Source: Acetobacterales bacterium (GTDB taxonomy: Bacteria; Pseudomonadota; Alphaproteobacteria; JBBDQX01). From it: DNA of 48,916 bases. This document shows positions 15,935-25,707 of the stretch, piece by piece. Below the pieces are notes generated by a model, which saw nothing but the letters and a program-made list of their open reading frames with translations, was not told the origin of the DNA and ran no database searches. Each line of letters starts with the position of its first letter. Position 1 is the first letter of the stretch. A program made the translations under genes and the position numbers. The stretch spans positions 1 to 48,916 of the forward strand of contig JBBDQX010000061.1 in NCBI GenBank assembly GCA_040905765.1, in the 5' to 3' direction.

Positions 15935-16579
15935 CTAGGGAAGGGTCCTCGCGATCGCCTCGTTGAGCGCCTTTACGCCGCCGCCTGGCCCGTCGGGATG
16001 GCTCCACACCGCGGAGACGACGGCGAGGAAGTCCGCCCCTGCCGCGACCAGCGATCCGCAGTTGTCCGCCGTGATGCCGCCGATGGCGACGCAGGGAACG
16101 GTCGCCATGCCGCTCCAGTGCACCAGCAGGTCCGATGTCGGGAAGTTCTTGCGGCCGGGTTTGGTCGGACTGGGGAAGAACGCGCCGAAGGCGACGTAGT
16201 CGGCACCGGCTTCGCCGGCCGCCATGGCGCGGTCCACCGAATCGCCGCAGGTCACGCCGACGATGGCATCGTCGCCCATGATGCGGCGCGCTTCGGGATA
16301 GGGCGTATCCTCCTCGCCGATGTGCACGCCGTCGCAGTCGCACTCGGCGGCGATCGTCGGGTCGTCATTGAGGATGAAGGCGACGTCGCGTGACTGCGCC
16401 ACCGGCAACAGCGCATCGCAGGCTCGCCGCACCGCGTCGGCATCGACGTTCTTCAGGCGAAGCTGCACGCAGGCGACGTCGCCACCGTCGAGCGCCCTGG
16501 CGAGCTCGTCGGCGAAAGCCGACGGCTCCAGCCGCTCGGGCGTGATCAGATAGACCCGGCAACCGGGTGCGTCGGCCAT
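15935..16579 (-). CDS. thiE: Thiamine-phosphate synthase
   Basis: 214 aa. VYLITP...VQLRLK...GVHIG..., AIGGIT and FLAVVSAVW are typical ThiE segments. Confidence 0.88.
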   Translation of the reverse strand: MADAPGCRVYLITPERLEPSAFADELARALDGGDVACVQLRLKNVDADAVRRACDALLPVAQSRDVAFILNDDPTIAAECDCDGVHIGEEDTPYPEARRIMGDDAIVGVTCGDSVDRAMAAGEAGADYVAFGAFFPSPTKPGRKNFPTSDLLVHWSGMATVPCVAIGGITADNCGSLVAAGADFLAVVSAVWSHPDGPGGGVKALNEAIARTLP

Positions 16580-16591
16580 CTTCGCGCTGCC

Positions 16592-17512
16592 TCAGGCCTT
16601 GCCCTGATAGATGCTGATGATGGTGTCGAGCATTTCCACGGCCTCTTTCTTCGGCCGCTGGAAGGTGTTCCGGCCGATGATCGAGCCGTTGCCGCCGCCG
16701 TCGCGGATCTGGCGGATCTCGTCGAGGAAGCCGGGCAGATCCTTCGCCTCGCCGCCGGAGAACACCACCAGCCGCCTGCCGTTGAAGCACGATTTCACGA
16801 CATCCTGGATGCGCTCCTTCATCGACTTCAGCGGAATGCCCTGCTTCTCGTAGACCTTCTTCGCCGCGTCGAGGAACAGTTGGTCGGTCGGCGGCTTCAC
16901 CTTGATGATGTGCGCGCCGAGCAGCGCCGCCATATGGGCGGCGTAGGAGCAGACATCGAGCGCGGTCTCGCCCTCCTTCGTGAGGGGCCCGCCGCGCGGA
17001 TAGGACCAAATCACCACTGCGAGGCCGGCGGCCTTCGCCTCCTCCGCAAGCTCGCGGATCTCCTCCATCATCTCGAACTGGTCTTCCGAACCGGGATAGA
17101 TGGTGAAGCCGATGGCCGAGCAGCCGAGGCGGAGCGCGTCGCCGACCGAGGCGGTGACGGCCTGGTCCTTGGTGGTCGACAGGCTGTTGGCGCTGTTGGC
17201 CTTGAGGATGGTCGGAACCGCGCCGGCGAAGCTGTCGGCGCCTGCCTCGATCATGCCGAGCGGCGCGGCGTAGGCGGAGAGGCCGGCGTCGACGGCAAGC
17301 TGGAAGTGGTAATGCGGATCGTAGGCGTCCGGGTTGGGAGCGAAGCTCCGTGCAGGGCCGTGTTCGAAACCCTGGTCGACCGGCAGGATCACCAGCTTGC
17401 CGGTGCCGCCCAGCTTACCGTGCGACAGGATGCGGGCGAGGTTCGCCTTGGTTCCCGGATTGTCGCTTTCATAGTAGCTGAGGATCTTCTTTACACGCTG
17501 GCTGATCCGCAT
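16592..17512 (-). CDS. fba: Class I fructose-bisphosphate aldolase (FbaB/DhnA-type)
   Basis: 306 aa. LVILPVDQGFEHGP...ILKANS...IIKVKPP...GGNGSIIGRNTFQRP matches the pattern of archaeal-type class I FBA. Confidence 0.85.
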   Translation of the reverse strand: MRISQRVKKILSYYESDNPGTKANLARILSHGKLGGTGKLVILPVDQGFEHGPARSFAPNPDAYDPHYHFQLAVDAGLSAYAAPLGMIEAGADSFAGAVPTILKANSANSLSTTKDQAVTASVGDALRLGCSAIGFTIYPGSEDQFEMMEEIRELAEEAKAAGLAVVIWSYPRGGPLTKEGETALDVCSYAAHMAALLGAHIIKVKPPTDQLFLDAAKKVYEKQGIPLKSMKERIQDVVKSCFNGRRLVVFSGGEAKDLPGFLDEIRQIRDGGGNGSIIGRNTFQRPKKEAVEMLDTIISIYQGKA

Positions 17513-17564
17513 GAGTCCGCCTCTCTTGGATTGGGGTTTGGACGATGTTGGATGTAACTGCCGG

Positions 17565-17978
17565 TCAGGGCCTTTGCAACCAAACCCGCAGGTCGGAGGC
17601 AGGTTCCCTCGCGCTATGCGGGTCGAAACATTCCGGCCGGCGGGGGACGATTTCGGCGCCGAGCCGGCTTGCTATGTCCTCCAGCTTGCGGCGCACGGTG
17701 TGCGTGCCGGCGTAGCGCACGCAGCGGATGCCGCTGCGCAGGGCAGCGGAAGCCGCGCCGGCATCGTCACCGCAATCGAGGACTGCCGTGAAGGTCATGC
17801 CTGGCTCCGCCACCTCCGCCTCCGCGACCAGCGCCGCGAACCATCCGGCCCCGGCGTAGCGGCCGGCGCCCGGCGCGCTCCACAACGCGACCGGAACGCC
17901 GAGTTCGCGCGCCGCGGCGAGGGCGGCGCAGGCATCCTCGAGGCCGTGGACCACAACCGCGCGGGCGGCAAGGTCCAC
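17565..17978 (-). CDS. Hypothetical protein (137 aa) embedded in the tkt-gap-fba operon
   Basis: ORF with high GC3, 13-nt and 52-nt gaps to its neighbours, same strand. No recognised motif. Confidence 0.55.
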   Translation of the reverse strand: MDLAARAVVVHGLEDACAALAAARELGVPVALWSAPGAGRYAGAGWFAALVAEAEVAEPGMTFTAVLDCGDDAGAASAALRSGIRCVRYAGTHTVRRKLEDIASRLGAEIVPRRPECFDPHSAREPASDLRVWLQRP

Positions 17979-17991
17979 GACCCGACGTCTC

Positions 17992-19008
17992 CTACTTGCC
18001 GAGCTGCTTCGCCATGTAGACGGCGGTGTCCACCATCCGGTTGGAGAAGCCCCATTCGTTGTCGTACCAGGACATAACTCGTACCAGCGTGCCGTCGACC
18101 ACCGCCGTCTGCGGCAGGTCCGCGGTGGAGGAGGCCGGGATGTGGTTGAAGTCGATCGAGACGAGCGGCTCTTCGTTGACGGCGAGCACGCCCTTCAGCT
18201 TGCCGCGCGCCGCCTTCTTCAGCGCCTCGTTGACGGCCTCGACGCTGGTCGGCTTCGACACCACGGCCTTGAGGTCGACGACCGAGACGTTCGCCGTCGG
18301 CACGCGGATCGAGGTGCCGTCCAGCTTTCCCTTCAGCTCGGGCAGCACGAGCCCGACCGCGCGCGCCGCACCGGTCGAGGTCGGGATCATCGACAGCGCC
18401 GCCGCGCGCGACCTATGCAGGTCGCCGTGCAGCGCGTCCTGCAGCCGCTGGTCCGAGGTATAGGCGTGCACCGTGGTCATGAAGCCGCGCTCGATGCCGA
18501 AGGCCTGGTGCAGCACCCAGGCGAGTGGAGCCAGGCAGTTGGTGGTGCAGGAAGCGTTGGAGACAACCGTGTCGGCCTTGTCGATCGTCTCGTGATTGAT
18601 GCCGTAGACGACGGTCCGCTCGACGCCGGTCGCGGGGGCGGAGACCAGCACCCGCCTGGCGCCGGCCTTCAACAGTTCCTCCGCGGACTCGCGCGTGGTG
18701 AAGCGGCCGGTGCATTCCAGCACGATGTCGGTCTTCAGCTTCTTCAGTGGCAGCTTCGCCGGGTCCGGCTCCGCCGTCACCGTCATCGGGCCCATGCCGA
18801 TGTCGATGCTGTCCTTCGTGGTCTTGACCTCGCCGGCGTACCGGCCGTGCACCGAGTCGTAGCGGAACAGGTGGGCGTTGGTCTCGACCGGCCCGAGGTC
18901 GTTGATGCCGACGACGTTGATATCGCGGCCGCGCTTGCCTTCGGCGATAGCGCGTAAAACCAGACGACCGATGCGGCCGAAGCCGTTGATGAACACGTTG
19001 GCGGGCAT
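17992..19008 (-). CDS. gap: Glyceraldehyde-3-phosphate dehydrogenase (type I)
   Basis: INGFGRIGRLVLRA..., SNASCTTNCLAP and WYDNEWGFSNR. Confidence 0.97.
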   Translation of the reverse strand: MPANVFINGFGRIGRLVLRAIAEGKRGRDINVVGINDLGPVETNAHLFRYDSVHGRYAGEVKTTKDSIDIGMGPMTVTAEPDPAKLPLKKLKTDIVLECTGRFTTRESAEELLKAGARRVLVSAPATGVERTVVYGINHETIDKADTVVSNASCTTNCLAPLAWVLHQAFGIERGFMTTVHAYTSDQRLQDALHGDLHRSRAAALSMIPTSTGAARAVGLVLPELKGKLDGTSIRVPTANVSVVDLKAVVSKPTSVEAVNEALKKAARGKLKGVLAVNEEPLVSIDFNHIPASSTADLPQTAVVDGTLVRVMSWYDNEWGFSNRMVDTAVYMAKQLGK

Positions 19009-19039
19009 GCGGGACCTCCTCCTTGCCAGATTCCGGCCG

Positions 19040-21025
19040 TTACAGGCGCTGCTTTACTGCAGTCACGACGGCAGCCGGCGTGATTTCGAAATGTGCGTAC
19101 AGTTCCGAATACGGTGCCGACGCACCGAAGCCGGCCATACCGACGAAAGCCCCGGCCGGACCGATGTAGCGGTCCCAGCCGAACGACACCGCCGCCTCCA
19201 CCGCGACCCGCACGCCCTCGCCGAGCACCGCGGCGCGATAATCGGCCTCCTGGGCGTCGAACAGCTCCCAGCACGGCATCGAGACCACCGCGGTCGGGAT
19301 GCCTTCGCCTTCCAGCACGTCTCGCGCCTCGCAGGCTAGCGAGACCTCGGAGCCGGTGGCGAGCAGCGTCGCCTTCCGCGGACCCGAGGCTTCGCGGATG
19401 ACGTAGCCGCCGCGTGCCGACAGGTTCTCCCCCGCCTCCTCGCGGAGGGCGGGCAGTCCCTGCCGGGTAAGCGCCAGCACGCTGGGTCCGCCGCTGCGCT
19501 CCAGCGCCAGCGCCCAGCATTCGGCAGTCTCCACGGAATCGGCGGGTCGAAATACACACACGTTGGGAATGACCCTCAAAGACGCGAGATGTTCCACGGG
19601 CTGATGCGTGGGACCATCTTCGCCGAGTCCTATGGAGTCGTGCGTCATCACGTGGATGACCCGCTGGTGCATCAGGGCGGCGAGCCGGATCGCCGGCCGG
19701 CCGTAGTCGGCGAAGGCAAGGAAAGTGCCGGAATAGGGGATCAGGCCGCCATGCAGCGCGATGCCGTTCATCGCCGCCGCCATGCCGTGCTCACGCACGC
19801 CATAGTGCACGTACTGGCCCGCATAGTCCCCCGGCGCGACGGCCTTCGTGCCCTTGACGTAGGTGCCGTTGGAGCCGGTGAGGTCCGCGGAGCCGCCGAG
19901 CAGCCCCGGAAATGCCGGAACGAGCGCGTCGAGCACCTTGTTGGACGACTGACGGGACGCCAGCTTCGGCTTCTCGGCGACGAAACTCCCGGTGACGGTG
20001 CGGAGCGCCGCGTGCGCGGCCTCCGGAATTTCGCCGGCCATGGCGCCGTCGAACTCGGCGCAGCGGGAATGTCCGAGGCGGCGCTTTTCCCACGCCTCGC
20101 GGCTCTCGGTGCCGGCGGCGCCGGCCGCGCGCCATGCGCCCAGCACATGCTCCGGCACCTCGAAGGCCGGGTACGGCCAGCCGAGCGCCGCGCGCGCGCC
20201 GGCGATCTCCTCGGCGCCGAGGGGCGAGCCGTGGGTCGCCGCGGTACCGGCCAGTTTCGGCGCGCCGAAACCAATCGTGGTACGGCAGGCGATCAGCGAC
20301 GGCCGGTCGGTGTCCCGTGCCGTTGCGATGGCAGCCGCCACGGCCTCGGGGTCGTGGCCGTCGACCGCGCTGACGTCCCATCCGTAGGCGCGGAAGCGCG
20401 CCTGCGTATCGTCGCTCTCGGCCAGAGATGTCGGACCGTCTATGGAGATGCGGTTGTCGTCGAACAGGACGATCAGCCTGGCCAGCTTGAGGTGGCCGGC
20501 GAGCGAGGCGACTTCGTGGCTGATTCCCTCCATCAGGCAGCCGTCGCCGACGATGGCATAGGTATAGTGATCGACTAGGTCGTCGCCGAAGCGCGCGGCC
20601 AGGATGCGCTCCGCCAGCGCGAGCCCGACCGCGTTGCCGAGGCCCTGACCGAGCGGGCCGGTAGTGGTCTCGATGCCGGGATGCGCCTCGACCTCGGGAT
20701 GGCCGGGAGTCTTGCTGCCGAACTGGCGGAAGTTGCGCAGCTCGTCGATCGTCATGCCCTCGTAGCCGGTGAGGTAGAGCAGCGAGTAGAGCAGCATCGA
20801 GCCGTGCCCGGCCGACAGCACGAAGCGGTCGCGGTCGGGCCAGCGCGGCGCCGCTGCATCGTATTTCAGGAACCGCGTGAAAAGCACGGTGGCGACGTCC
20901 GCCATGCCCATCGGCATGCCGGGATGACCGGACTTCGCGCGCTCGACCGCGTCGGCCGCGAGAAACCGGATCGCGTTCGCCATCTCGCGATGGTCGGCCG
21001 CGGGGGTGGCTCGGCTTGAGATCAT
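19040..21025 (-). CDS. tkt: Transketolase
   Basis: 661 aa. [42 protein letters not shown] and [16 protein letters not shown]. Confidence 0.97.
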   Translation of the reverse strand: MISSRATPAADHREMANAIRFLAADAVERAKSGHPGMPMGMADVATVLFTRFLKYDAAAPRWPDRDRFVLSAGHGSMLLYSLLYLTGYEGMTIDELRNFRQFGSKTPGHPEVEAHPGIETTTGPLGQGLGNAVGLALAERILAARFGDDLVDHYTYAIVGDGCLMEGISHEVASLAGHLKLARLIVLFDDNRISIDGPTSLAESDDTQARFRAYGWDVSAVDGHDPEAVAAAIATARDTDRPSLIACRTTIGFGAPKLAGTAATHGSPLGAEEIAGARAALGWPYPAFEVPEHVLGAWRAAGAAGTESREAWEKRRLGHSRCAEFDGAMAGEIPEAAHAALRTVTGSFVAEKPKLASRQSSNKVLDALVPAFPGLLGGSADLTGSNGTYVKGTKAVAPGDYAGQYVHYGVREHGMAAAMNGIALHGGLIPYSGTFLAFADYGRPAIRLAALMHQRVIHVMTHDSIGLGEDGPTHQPVEHLASLRVIPNVCVFRPADSVETAECWALALERSGGPSVLALTRQGLPALREEAGENLSARGGYVIREASGPRKATLLATGSEVSLACEARDVLEGEGIPTAVVSMPCWELFDAQEADYRAAVLGEGVRVAVEAAVSFGWDRYIGPAGAFVGMAGFGASAPYSELYAHFEITPAAVVTAVKQRL

Positions 21026-21145
21026 TGCGCCCCTCGCGCCTTATTGGGAAAAACCTGAAAACGCGCCTGGCGGGATAGGCGGCGCGGTGCGCGGCAAAAT
21101 GCATCGCCGCTCATGCGCCGTCAACAAGCTATCGCCGCGGCTTTG

Positions 21146-21175
21146 TTGACGATTTGGAGCAATTCCCACTATGCT
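21146..21175 (+). promoter_or_regulatory. Candidate sigma-70 promoter for the DUF4164-zapA operon
   Basis: TTGACG-N18-TATGCT, ~60 nt upstream of the ATG at 21236. Confidence 0.3.
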
Positions 21176-21235
21176 CCGGCTACTTACGCGCGGTCGTTGA
21201 GACGACTTCCGAAGAATTCCAAGGATTGACGGCGG

Positions 21236-21457
21236 ATGGGTCAGGTGCGCGACGCGACAGCCCGACTGGAGGTGGCGGTTGCACGGCTCGAAGCAGCCGT
21301 CGTGACGACGCCAGGAGAAGATGACGAGGGTTCGGCGCAGACGGAGCTTGACGAACTGCGCCAGCAGTACGACCAGCTCCAGCGGCGCACCGGCACGGTA
21401 GCGATCCGCCTCGACAAGGCGATCGCCCGGCTACAGCAGGTGCTGGGAGAGGATTAG
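21236..21457 (+). CDS. Small coiled-coil protein (DUF4164-like), partner of zapA
   Basis: 73 aa, helical and Leu/Gln/Arg-rich. Abuts the zapA start with no spacer, as commonly seen upstream of alphaproteobacterial zapA (recalled, not searched). Confidence 0.6.
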   Translation: MGQVRDATARLEVAVARLEAAVVTTPGEDDEGSAQTELDELRQQYDQLQRRTGTVAIRLDKAIARLQQVLGED

Positions 21458-21802
21458 GTGGCGCAGGTCACGCTCACCATCGGCGGCAACAACTATCCGG
21501 TTGCCTGCGACGACGGCCAGGAGCCGCATCTCATCGAGCTGGCGCAGCATGTCGATCGCCGGGTCGCCGAGTTGCAGGCGGCCGTGGGCAAGGTTGGCGA
21601 GGCGCGCCTGCTGGTTCTGACGGCCCTGTTGCTGGCCGACGAGCTCGGCGACGCTCGGCGGGAGAACCAGCAGCTTCGTCAGGCGGTCGACCGCGACCGG
21701 GGGGCGGCGCAACGTGCCGCCGACGAAGACGCCGCGGCGCGCGCCATCGAACGGGTGGCCGGACGCATCGAGGATATTGTAGCGCGCCTCGAAGGCGCTT
21801 AA
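21458..21802 (+). CDS. zapA: Cell division protein ZapA
   Basis: 114 aa. VTLTIGGNNYPVACDDGQEPHLIELAQHVDRRV...ARLLVLTALLLADEL. Confidence 0.85.
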   Translation: MAQVTLTIGGNNYPVACDDGQEPHLIELAQHVDRRVAELQAAVGKVGEARLLVLTALLLADELGDARRENQQLRQAVDRDRGAAQRAADEDAAARAIERVAGRIEDIVARLEGA

Positions 21803-21805
21803 CTA

Positions 21806-21985
21806 TAGCCTCAGACGGGGCTGTCCGGTGCGACAGGCTTTATCGTCCCTGGGGCTGAGACGTTCTCCAGGGAGCTGTCCCTGCCGAGATCGTGGTCTCG
21901 GTACAACGGCGCCCACCTGCACAAGCAGGCCACAGAGGACATGCATTGCCACCGGCCGCGATGGCTCCGTCTGCCAGCCCTGTTG
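21806..21985 (+). ncRNA. ssrS: 6S RNA (SsrS), ends approximate
   Basis: Conserved zapA-ssrS-5-FCL(ygfA) synteny. A ~200-nt non-coding gap. The termini pair as a long rod: CAGACGG..CCGGUG (21812-21830) with CACCGG..CCGUCUG (21949-21973). Further partial complementarity surrounds an unpaired centre. Confidence 0.65.
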
Positions 21986-22000
21986 CCAGCCCAGAGCATA

Positions 22001-22630
22001 GTGACCCGTACAGAAGACAAGGCATTGCTGCGCGCCGACGCTTTTCGGCGACGCAAGGAGGGTATCGCAGCCCTCGACGGCGAGGTCGTGGCCGCGGAGC
22101 TCCTGCGCCATTTCGAATCGATCCTGCCGCAGGTCGCCGAGCACGCGACAGGTGTCCGCGTGGTCGCCGGCTTCTGGCCGATCGGCGACGAGATCGACGT
22201 ACGCCCGACGCTGGTTCGGCTCGCCGCCAGCGGCTGGGACTGTGCGTTGCCGGTGACGCCGCCCCCGGGGCAGCCACTGGGCTTCCGCCGGTGGCGCCAC
22301 GGCGACGCCATGGTGCGGGGGCGGTTCGGCACCTCCGAGCCCGGACCCGAGGCGGCGATCCTGGTACCGACCCTGCTGATCGTGCCGCTGCTTGCCTTCG
22401 ACCGTCGCGGCGGTCGGATCGGATACGGCGCAGGGTACTACGACCGCACCCTGGCGGCGCTGCGCAAGGCGCAGCCGACGCTTACTGTCGGCGCGGCCTA
22501 CGCGCTGCAGGAAATAGAACGTGTTCCGGTTGATGAGCGCGACCAGCCGCTCGACTGGGTGGTGACTGAGAAGGAAGCCATCGACTGCCGGGCAGACCGA
22601 CGCCACGCAGCGGGAAGCGTGGCCTCGTGA
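22001..22630 (+). CDS. 5-formyltetrahydrofolate cyclo-ligase
   Basis: FWPIGDEID..., LIVPLLAFDRRGGRIGYGAGYYDR and DWVVTE. A GTG at 22001 is chosen so that the CDS does not overlap the 6S RNA. The ORF-track start is 21941. Confidence 0.85.
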   Translation: MTRTEDKALLRADAFRRRKEGIAALDGEVVAAELLRHFESILPQVAEHATGVRVVAGFWPIGDEIDVRPTLVRLAASGWDCALPVTPPPGQPLGFRRWRHGDAMVRGRFGTSEPGPEAAILVPTLLIVPLLAFDRRGGRIGYGAGYYDRTLAALRKAQPTLTVGAAYALQEIERVPVDERDQPLDWVVTEKEAIDCRADRRHAAGSVAS

Positions 22631-23451
22631 GACTGCTTTTTTGCGGTGACGTCGTCGGACGCAGTGGCCGGGACGCCCTGCTCGCCGCACTTCCGGACCT
22701 GCGGAGCCGGCTAGCCATCGATTTCGTCGTGGTCAACGGCGAGAACGCGGCCCACGGCTTCGGCATCACGATGAAGCTGGCGCAGGACATGTTCGAGGCC
22801 GGCGCCGATGTCGTCACCACGGGCAATCACGTGTGGGCGCAGCGTGAACTGATCACCCAGATCACCGCCGAGCCCCGCATACTGCGACCGGAGAATTTTC
22901 CGCCGGGCACGCCGGGGCGGGGCTTCGGCGTGTTTCCGGCCCGCGACGGCCGCAAGGTACTGGTCGTCAACATGCTGGCGCGAGTGTTCATGGAGTCGCT
23001 GGACGATCCATTCGCGGCGATGGAAAGGATCCTCAGGGCGCATCGGCTCGGCGACACCGTTGCCGCCGCCGTGGTGGATTTCCACGGCGAGGCGACCAGC
23101 GAGAAGGTGGCGATGGGCCACCATCTCGACGGGCGTGTGTCGCTGGTGGTCGGCACCCACAGCCATATCCCGACCGCGGACTGGCAGGTTCTGCCCGGCG
23201 GCACCGCCTACCAGAGCGATGCCGGCATGTGCGGCGACTACGATTCGGTGATCGGCATGAGCAAGCAGGAATCCTTGCGGCGCTTCCTGACGCAGATGCC
23301 GTCCGGGCGGATGACGCCCGCACAGGGAGAGGCCACCCTGTGCGGCCTGTTCGTGGAGACCGACGACGCGACGGGTCTCGCGCGAAAGGTCGAGCCGCTC
23401 CGCCTGGGCGGGCGGCTGGCGCAGGCCATGCCGGGCACCGGCGCCCCCTGA
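22627..23451 (+). CDS. YmdB-like metallophosphoesterase (TIGR00282 family)
   Basis: MRLLFCGDVVGRSGR...VVVNGENAAHGFGIT...VTTGNHVW...DFHGEATSEK...GTHSHIPTAD. Confidence 0.88.
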   Translation: MRLLFCGDVVGRSGRDALLAALPDLRSRLAIDFVVVNGENAAHGFGITMKLAQDMFEAGADVVTTGNHVWAQRELITQITAEPRILRPENFPPGTPGRGFGVFPARDGRKVLVVNMLARVFMESLDDPFAAMERILRAHRLGDTVAAAVVDFHGEATSEKVAMGHHLDGRVSLVVGTHSHIPTADWQVLPGGTAYQSDAGMCGDYDSVIGMSKQESLRRFLTQMPSGRMTPAQGEATLCGLFVETDDATGLARKVEPLRLGGRLAQAMPGTGAP

Positions 23452-23474
23452 CCGCCGTTACCGGCGGCTTTGTC

Positions 23475-23520
23475 GGGCGGCATTGCCGGGCGGCATTACT
23501 GGGCGGCATTACTGGGCGGC
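23475..23520. repeat. 13-bp tandem repeat, 3.5 copies (GGGCGGCATTGCC, GGGCGGCATTACT x2, GGGCGGC)
   Basis: Read directly from the sequence. It spans the yihY stop codon (TAA, 23509-23511) in the convergent gap with the ymdB-like gene. Confidence 0.9.
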
Positions 23521-24765
23521 GGAGAGCACAGGCTCTGCGGAGCGATGTTCGACTACCTGGGAGAGCGGCCTGCCGAGATGCTCGCGGCTGGCGTGATCGG
23601 CCGCTGAGAGGGTACGGCCGAGTGGCGCTGCGTCGTCTTCGCCGGTCGGCGTGGCGATGCCGAGATCTTGCAGCAGGTCATAGACCGTCGCCGACCCCAG
23701 ATCGCGCGCCAGCACCCAAGCCTCCTCTGCGCCGACGGCGGCGACGTAGCCTGCGTGGCGCAGTTCGCACAAGACGTCGTGCACCGAGGAATCGCTCATT
23801 CGGCTGTTGTCGACGATGGTCTCGTAGCCGAGCGGTCCTCCGTTTCGGCTGGCGCGCGCGAGCAGACCCAGCAGATCGACGGCCAGCGCGATCCGCTCGC
23901 CGCGCGTGATCTCGCGATCCTGGTGCCGGCTGCGCCATTCCGGCAACGCCGCCGTGAGGCTGGCGCCGGCGAGCACGACCAGCCAGGACATGTACATCCA
24001 CACCATCAGGATCGGCAGCGTCGCAAGTGCGCCGTAGACCGCTTCGTAGGTCGGGAAGTAGACCAGATATGTCCCGAATCCCCGGCGCAGCGCCGCGAAG
24101 GCGAGGCCGGCCATAGTGCCGCCGAGGACCGCGTATTTCCATTGCACCGGGCGGTTCGGGACGATCTTGAAGACCAGCGTAAAAGCCGTGACCAACAGCA
24201 GGGCCGGCAGCCCGCGCAGCAGGTAGCCGAAAGTGTCGAGGTCGCCGCCGATGGCTTCCACCGCCCGCGTCTGGGTCTGCAGATAGGCGGACATGGAGAA
24301 GCTGGTGCCGACCAGCAGCGGCAGCAGGGTGAGCACTGCCCAGTATACGAGGATGCGGTTGATCGTAGGGCGCGGCTGCGCGACGCGGAAGATGGTGTTG
24401 AGGGCGGTCTCGATCGAGACTAGCAACAGGACCGCGGTGACGCCGAGGAACAGGATACCGATAGAGGTGAGGCTTCCGGCGTTGTTGACGAAGGCGTCGA
24501 GATGGCTCTGGACGTTGTCGACCGCCCCCGGGATGAAGTTGTCGATCACGAAGTCGCGGATCTGCTCGCGCTGTGCCCGGAACACCGGAAAGGCGGCGAA
24601 CATCGCGAAGGCGATGGTGGTCAGCGGCACCAGAGCCAGCAGCGAGGTAAAGCTGAGACTGCCTGCCATCTGCGGGCAGTTATCGTTCAGCATGCGGCGC
24701 CAGACGAAGGCGAGGAATCCGCCGGTTTCCTTCAGTGTGGCGCGATCGGGGCGCGGCAGTTTCAT
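23509..24765 (-). CDS. YihY/BrkB-family inner-membrane protein with ~130-aa C-terminal soluble extension
   Basis: 418 aa. N-terminal FVWRRMLNDNCPQMAGSLSFTSLLALVP followed by about six hydrophobic segments. The C-terminal tail is non-membrane. Confidence 0.85.
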   Translation of the reverse strand: MKLPRPDRATLKETGGFLAFVWRRMLNDNCPQMAGSLSFTSLLALVPLTTIAFAMFAAFPVFRAQREQIRDFVIDNFIPGAVDNVQSHLDAFVNNAGSLTSIGILFLGVTAVLLLVSIETALNTIFRVAQPRPTINRILVYWAVLTLLPLLVGTSFSMSAYLQTQTRAVEAIGGDLDTFGYLLRGLPALLLVTAFTLVFKIVPNRPVQWKYAVLGGTMAGLAFAALRRGFGTYLVYFPTYEAVYGALATLPILMVWMYMSWLVVLAGASLTAALPEWRSRHQDREITRGERIALAVDLLGLLARASRNGGPLGYETIVDNSRMSDSSVHDVLCELRHAGYVAAVGAEEAWVLARDLGSATVYDLLQDLGIATPTGEDDAAPLGRTLSAADHASREHLGRPLSQVVEHRSAEPVLSAAQ

Positions 24766-24957
24766 GGTAGGGGTTGCCTTCCGCGGCCCGCGAGGGCCGC
24801 CGCCGTCGAAAAATTGCCGTATTCTCGGTCAAGCTTCACGTAATGGCTGCCTGCGGCATTGCGAGCCCTGACCGAGATACCGAAACCCACCAGATATGGT
24901 ATAAGTTGCCGCGAACGGTGCATTACTTGGACCGTTAGACGACGGAATCGAAGAGCC

Positions 24958-25707
24958 ATGGCAGGCCACTCACAATTCAAGAACATCATGTACCGGAAGG
25001 GCGCGCAGGATAAGAAGCGTGCCCAGCAGTTCGCCAAGCTGGCACGGGAGATAACCGTCGCCGCCAAGGAAGGGTTGCCCGATCCGGACATGAATCCGCG
25101 GCTGCGCGCGGCCATCCAGGCCGCGAAGGCGCAGAACATGCCGAAGGACAACATCGAGCGGGCGATCAAGAAGGCCACCGGCGGCGATGGGGACACGGCC
25201 TACGAGTCGGTGCGCTATGAAGGTTACGGTCCCGGCGGCGTGGCGATCATCATCGAGGCGCTCACCGACAACCGCAACCGGACCGCGTCGGAGATACGTG
25301 CCGCCTTCAGCAAGCATGGCGGCACGTTGGGCGAGACCAACAGCGTCAGTTTCATGTTCGACCGTATCGGCCTGATCCGTTACCCGGCGGACGCTGCGGG
25401 CGCCGAGGAGATGTTCGAGGCGGCGCTCGAGGGCGGCGCCGAGAACGTGGAATCGGGCGACTTCGGCCATGAGGTCACCTGCGCGCCGGACGATCTCAGC
25501 GAGGTGCGCGATGCGTTGGAGAGTCGCTTCGGCGCCCCGGAGGAATCGCGGCTCGACTGGCGCTCCCAGGCCGAGATCGTCGTCGACGGGGACACCGCGG
25601 AAACCCTGTTCCGGCTTATGGAAGCACTGGAGGATTCCGACGACGTACAGCACGTCGCCTCCAACTTCAGCATGGCCGAAGAGGTCATGGAGAGACTGAG
25701 CGCGTGA
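24958..25707 (+). CDS. yebC: YebC/PmpR-family transcriptional regulator
   Basis: [32 protein letters not shown]...[14 protein letters not shown] from the ATG at 24958. Confidence 0.95.
   Translation: MAGHSQFKNIMYRKGAQDKKRAQQFAKLAREITVAAKEGLPDPDMNPRLRAAIQAAKAQNMPKDNIERAIKKATGGDGDTAYESVRYEGYGPGGVAIIIEALTDNRNRTASEIRAAFSKHGGTLGETNSVSFMFDRIGLIRYPADAAGAEEMFEAALEGGAENVESGDFGHEVTCAPDDLSEVRDALESRFGAPEESRLDWRSQAEIVVDGDTAETLFRLMEALEDSDDVQHVASNFSMAEEVMERLSA

Noticed and set aside
15820-16591. TPP riboswitch upstream of thiE, or upstream of thiD (39835-39851)
   Set aside because: thiE directly follows fba (12-nt gap) and thiD follows glmM (17-nt gap). There is no room for a riboswitch and no CUGAGA-type core was seen.
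23475-23520. Could the short tandem repeat be a CRISPR array?
   Set aside because: The units are 13 bp, directly abutting with no spacers, and there are only 3.5 copies. No cas genes are present.
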